This document shows, piece after piece, positions 60,769-64,000 of a stretch of DNA of 64,000 bases. The notes beneath the pieces were generated by a model, which saw nothing but the letters and a program-made list of their open reading frames with translations, had not been told where the DNA came from and made no database searches. This stretch comes from a bacterium (GTDB lineage Bacteria > Patescibacteriota > Gracilibacteria > UBA1369 > GCA-2718715). The stretch's first letter is position 1; each line of letters opens with the position of its first letter. The position numbers and the translations under genes were made by a program. The stretch spans positions 12,447 through 76,446 of the forward strand of contig PBFJ01000014.1 of assembly GCA_002718715.1 (NCBI GenBank). Direction: 5' to 3'.

Positions 60769-61764
60769 ATGAAAAAACTATCAATTGCACTTTTAAGCTT
60801 ACTATTAATTGCATGCTCAAACGGTGTGCAAAACAGCCAAGAAAATTTAGCTGCAGACTCTACTGATGTAAAAGTAGCCACAGTAATATACCCTAATGAA
60901 TATATTTTAAATGAACTTTTAGATAACAATGTTTTAGGATTAGCTGGAGACAAGCACTTACACGAGTACAGTCCAAGCGCAAAAGAATTAAGTAGTCTAT
61001 ATGAACAAGATCTAATTGTGATTCAATCTAGAAATTTAGAGAATTTTGTGTGGGAGCTAAAAGATCAATTAAATGAAAAAGGAGTTGAAATTTTAGAGCT
61101 AGAACCTAATGGAAATTACCATACCTGGCTTGACCCAATACGAACAATTGAAAATGCCGAAATTATTACGAATAAGATAATCGAAGTTAAGCCAGATCTA
61201 AAAAACGATCTTAGTAAAAATCTTGAAACTTTAAAAGGAAAATTAGAAAACATTAACTTCGATTATGTTTCTGCATTAGAAAATTGTGAAAGTAGTAGTG
61301 TTTTAGTTTCTCACAACTTTCTAGAGCCTCTTGCAAATAGTTATGGATTCGAAGTTGATTCACTTGTAAATGAAGACCATTTTGTTGGATTTTCAGCTCA
61401 AAAATTTGTAGAATCAATGAAATCAAAACATGAATTTATTCTTAGCGAACCACAATACAAAGAAGATATTCAAGAAGTATTGGGTGATCACGACAAACAC
61501 AAAGGACATGAGGGGCACCATGATGGACACGAAGAGCACCATGATGAACATGAAGAACATCATGATGAAGAGGAAGGACATGAGGGGCACCATGATGATC
61601 ACCATGGACACGGTCATGAAAGTGTAGAGGAAATTTTAGGTGATGACTTGGCAAACTTTGAAGTTTTAGAGATAATACCTATGGAGGATTCAAAAGTTGA
61701 TTATTTTGAAGCCTTAGATAAGAACATAAAAGCTATTAAGACTGCACTAAAATGTCAGAAATAA
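60769..61764 (+). CDS. znuA: Zinc/metal ABC transporter substrate-binding lipoprotein (ZnuA/TroA family) with a long His/Asp/Glu-rich loop
   Basis: Lipobox LLLIACSNG, the YHTWLDP motif, and the loop DHDKHKGHEGHHDGHEEHHDEHEEHHDEEEGHEGHHDDHHGHGHE. Confidence 0.85.
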   Translation: MKKLSIALLSLLLIACSNGVQNSQENLAADSTDVKVATVIYPNEYILNELLDNNVLGLAGDKHLHEYSPSAKELSSLYEQDLIVIQSRNLENFVWELKDQLNEKGVEILELEPNGNYHTWLDPIRTIENAEIITNKIIEVKPDLKNDLSKNLETLKGKLENINFDYVSALENCESSSVLVSHNFLEPLANSYGFEVDSLVNEDHFVGFSAQKFVESMKSKHEFILSEPQYKEDIQEVLGDHDKHKGHEGHHDGHEEHHDEHEEHHDEEEGHEGHHDDHHGHGHESVEEILGDDLANFEVLEIIPMEDSKVDYFEALDKNIKAIKTALKCQK

Positions 61765-62480
61765 AAATTGAAAATCTAAATTTAAAATTTGGAATAAAAA
61801 CTATTCTAGAAGATATAAACCTTGAAATTAATTCAGGTGAATATGTGGGGCTTATTGGTCCAAATGGGGCAGGTAAATCAAGTTTATTAAAATGTATATT
61901 AGGTTTATTACCCCCTACTTCTGGGAGGATAACCATTGAAGATGGTATTAATTTTTCTTACGTTCCTCAATATTTCTTAGGAGAAACTGGCTTTTCAATA
62001 AGCGTTCTGGAGGTAATAAGTATGGGTCTTGAAAATAAATCTATTTTCAATAAAAGCAAAAATTCAAACGATATAAATACTGCTTTAAAAAAAGTTGATT
62101 TGAATCCGAGTATTTTAAAAGAAAACTTTTTAAACTTATCTGGTGGTCAAAAACAAAGAGTCGTTATAGCAAGAGCTTTGGTAGGAAATCCAAATGTTTT
62201 AATATTTGATGAAGCCTTTAGTAATGTAGATATGATTTCAAAAATTAAAATATACGAGCTTTTAGCAAAAATAAACAAAGAAGATAAAACTACAATTATA
62301 TTTGTATCCCATGAAGTTGACACTATCATTCAAAAATGTAAAAGGATAATATGTTTAAATAAGCATCTTCACGAAGGCTGTCACCCTGTGAAATTTATGC
62401 AAGGAAAACTTCAAAGATCAGAAGATAAGACTTTACAAATAAATCAAATTCACCATCACCATAACCATGAAAAATGTTAG
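61752..62480 (+). CDS. znuC: Zinc/metal ABC transporter ATP-binding protein
   Basis: GPNGAGKSS, LSGGQKQRVVIARAL, LIFDEAF, and a C-terminal His-rich tail IHHHHNHEKC. Overlaps znuA by 13 nt. Confidence 0.9.
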   Translation: MSEIKIENLNLKFGIKTILEDINLEINSGEYVGLIGPNGAGKSSLLKCILGLLPPTSGRITIEDGINFSYVPQYFLGETGFSISVLEVISMGLENKSIFNKSKNSNDINTALKKVDLNPSILKENFLNLSGGQKQRVVIARALVGNPNVLIFDEAFSNVDMISKIKIYELLAKINKEDKTTIIFVSHEVDTIIQKCKRIICLNKHLHEGCHPVKFMQGKLQRSEDKTLQINQIHHHHNHEKC

Positions 62481-63280
62481 AATTTTTAAACTATACCTTT
62501 ATCGTTAGAAGCTTATTAGTCGGAAGTTTATTTTCAGTCTTTGCTGCCTTTTTGGGTAATTTCTTAGTGGCTGGTAAAAGATCCAATATGTCAGATATGC
62601 TATCTCATTTTAGTTTGGCAGGGGTTGGTCTTGGAATATTTCTAGGTAGTGGAGTTGGACTCCTTCCTATAGTATTTTCTTTGTTAGCTGGTTTTTCACT
62701 TTACTTTTTGTCTAATAAAAGTCATTTAAATAAGGAAGCTTTCAACGTTTTAATTTTATCTTTGGGGTTAGCCTTAGCAATATTTTTTGTGAATATGTCC
62801 CCCTCTTCAAACGTTTCTTTAGAAACCTACTTATTTGGTTCTATTCTGACAATATCTAAATCAGAAGTCTGGATAATTTCTTCCTTTATATTAATTGCCT
62901 TTGGATTATTATTATTTAATTACCAAAAGTTGATTGGATTGGTATTTGATCCTGATTTTTTGAAATCGCAATTTAAAAAAGTTAGAAAATACGAATTACT
63001 TTTAATGGCAGTAACAAGTATTTTTGTTGCAATAAGCCTTAAGATTGTCGGTGGTTTACTTGTAAGTGCCTTTTTGATAATTTCAGTTTTAAGTGCTCAA
63101 CAGATTAGTTCAAGCTTTAAAAATTCTATCTTTCTAAGCATTGGATTTAATCTTGTATCTACTATTAGCGGAATAATTTTATCCTTTTACTATAACATCC
63201 CAACCAGTAGTGCTATTATTTTTGTACTATCAGGAATTTTTATATTTACTTTAATTAGCAAGCGTTATGTACAAAACTAA
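62474..63280 (+). CDS. znuB: Zinc/metal ABC transporter permease (ABC-3 family)
   Basis: 268 aa and polytopic. Overlaps znuC by 7 nt. Confidence 0.8.
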   Translation: MLEFLNYTFIVRSLLVGSLFSVFAAFLGNFLVAGKRSNMSDMLSHFSLAGVGLGIFLGSGVGLLPIVFSLLAGFSLYFLSNKSHLNKEAFNVLILSLGLALAIFFVNMSPSSNVSLETYLFGSILTISKSEVWIISSFILIAFGLLLFNYQKLIGLVFDPDFLKSQFKKVRKYELLLMAVTSIFVAISLKIVGGLLVSAFLIISVLSAQQISSSFKNSIFLSIGFNLVSTISGIILSFYYNIPTSSAIIFVLSGIFIFTLISKRYVQN

Positions 63281-63647
63281 AACCAAAGAATTGATCTACA
63301 ATATTATCAAAGACTCAGAGAAACCAATCTCAGCCTTGGAAATTTCACAATTTTTAAAATCAAAAAATAAGAATCTTCACAAAACTACTGTATATAGAAC
63401 TCTAGAAAAATTATTAGATATGGATTTAATAAATAAAGTAAATTCAGTTTCTGGAATTGTTTTTTATGAATCTTTAGATGAACATCATATTCATATTGAA
63501 TGCAGTAAATGTAAATTAGTAAAGTGTGTAAATGACCAGGAAATTGAAAAGAAACTTTATGAGATCGAAGCTTTAATTAAATTAAAAGGCTTCAAGGTTA
63601 AACAAGAAGATTTAAGCTTCCAAGGAGTCTGTAATTCATGTAACTAA
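63267..63647 (+). CDS. zur: Fur-family metalloregulator, probably Zur
   Basis: Winged-helix ISALEISQFLKSKNKNLHKTTVYRTLEKLLDMDLINKV. Metal sites HHIHIECSKCKLVKC and GVCNSCN. Last gene of the znu operon, overlapping znuB by 14 nt. Confidence 0.75.
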   Translation: MYKTKTKELIYNIIKDSEKPISALEISQFLKSKNKNLHKTTVYRTLEKLLDMDLINKVNSVSGIVFYESLDEHHIHIECSKCKLVKCVNDQEIEKKLYEIEALIKLKGFKVKQEDLSFQGVCNSCN

Positions 63648-64000
63648 GATTTGGTCTTGGCTCCGGCTTTGGATTCAAGATTGGTTTTACTTATAGATTT
63701 ATCTTTTGACATGGCAATTGACAACCCTAGTTTATTTTGATGATTATCTAACACTTTGTAACCAAACTTTTTATAAAATTCTACAGCATAGGGGGATGAA
63801 TCTAAAACAACCAGCTGATGATTTTTAAATATTTTGGACTCTGCAAATTCCAGAAGTTTTTTCCCAATCCCAATCCTATGAAATTTTGGATCCACAAACA
63901 AATTGTGAATTTGATTTTCCTTAAATGCTACCGATCCAACAATTTGACTGTTTAATTCACATACGTAAAAATTAAAATCTTTAGAACTTTGCTTTAGCTT
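63644..64000 (-). CDS. GNAT-family N-acetyltransferase (5' end outside the window)
   Basis: Motif A LFVDPKFHRIGIGKKLLEFAE. The frame stays open from 63901 to the window edge (..VCELNSQIVGSVAFKENQIHN..), so the ORF-track TTG start is not the real start. Confidence 0.75.
   Translation of the reverse strand, partial: KLKQSSKDFNFYVCELNSQIVGSVAFKENQIHNLFVDPKFHRIGIGKKLLEFAESKIFKNHQLVVLDSSPYAVEFYKKFGYKVLDNHQNKLGLSIAMSKDKSISKTNLESKAGAKTKS

Noticed and set aside
61423-61654. Three extra ORFs (61423-61617 on the minus strand, 61430-61627 on the plus strand, 61442-61654 on the minus strand) over the znuA His-rich loop.
   Set aside because: The cat/gat/gaa-rich repeat encoding the H/D/E loop is stop-free in several frames. 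These are artefacts of that repeat.
1-64000. Alternative genetic code (UGA recoded, as in some candidate-phyla lineages or Mollicutes).
   Set aside because: ORFs of 7.7, 6.0 and 4.4 kb and all conserved housekeeping genes are intact and full-length under the standard code. Genes end at TAA/TAG/TGA with sensible spacing.
1-64000. CRISPR arrays, rRNA/tRNA genes, transposases, integrases, prophage, toxin-antitoxin or restriction-modification modules.
   Set aside because: I saw no regularly spaced direct repeats outside coding repeats and no cloverleaf-like GC-rich segments. No ORF has DDE, tyrosine/serine recombinase, phage structural or methyltransferase motifs. A tRNA-Trp, which often precedes secE in other bacteria, is absent here.

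Overview
This is a visibly AT-rich (about one-third G+C by eye, not computed), gene-dense bacterial chromosomal segment. It reads cleanly in the standard genetic code, with multi-kb ORFs and no in-frame TGA. Housekeeping anchors are secE-nusG, rplK and rplA, rpsT, folD/tmk-like/dut, a family II pyrophosphatase, a Liv-type ABC importer and a znuACB-zur operon. Between these sit many large orphan or surface genes. (i) At 1-13.9 kb there are three large orphan proteins (723, 2573 and 793 aa), each next to a ~122-aa acidic helical protein. One of them is a 2573-aa pentapeptide-repeat giant with near-identical internal DNA repeats. The only two 8-nt G/C homopolymers I saw in the window also lie in this region. 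(ii) At 25.3-36.7 kb there is a surface locus. It holds two secreted proteins that are each a tandem triplication of a VirB2/TrbC-like pilin hairpin, a 2002-aa protein fusing one such hairpin to a long PKD/Ig array, a 713-aa PKD membrane protein, a 27-aa hydrophobic micro-ORF and a Ser/Asn-rich double-anchored protein. No secretion ATPase is in view. (iii) Other notable genes are a CDP-archaeol-synthase-like (CarS/DUF46) membrane protein, an ATP-grasp-like protein next to an isoaspartyl peptidase, a 1467-aa soluble orphan giant, and several orphan lipoproteins. Start codons almost never have a GGAGG-type Shine-Dalgarno sequence. Promoters look sigma70-like, often with an extended -10 (TGnTATAAT), and many clean rho-independent terminators are visible. 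I recognised no rRNA, tRNA, CRISPR array, transposase, integrase or phage genes. The gene content fits a small-genome, possibly episymbiotic, candidate-phyla-type bacterium, but taxonomy cannot be established from this window. All functional calls rest on motifs read by eye from the translations; no searches were run.
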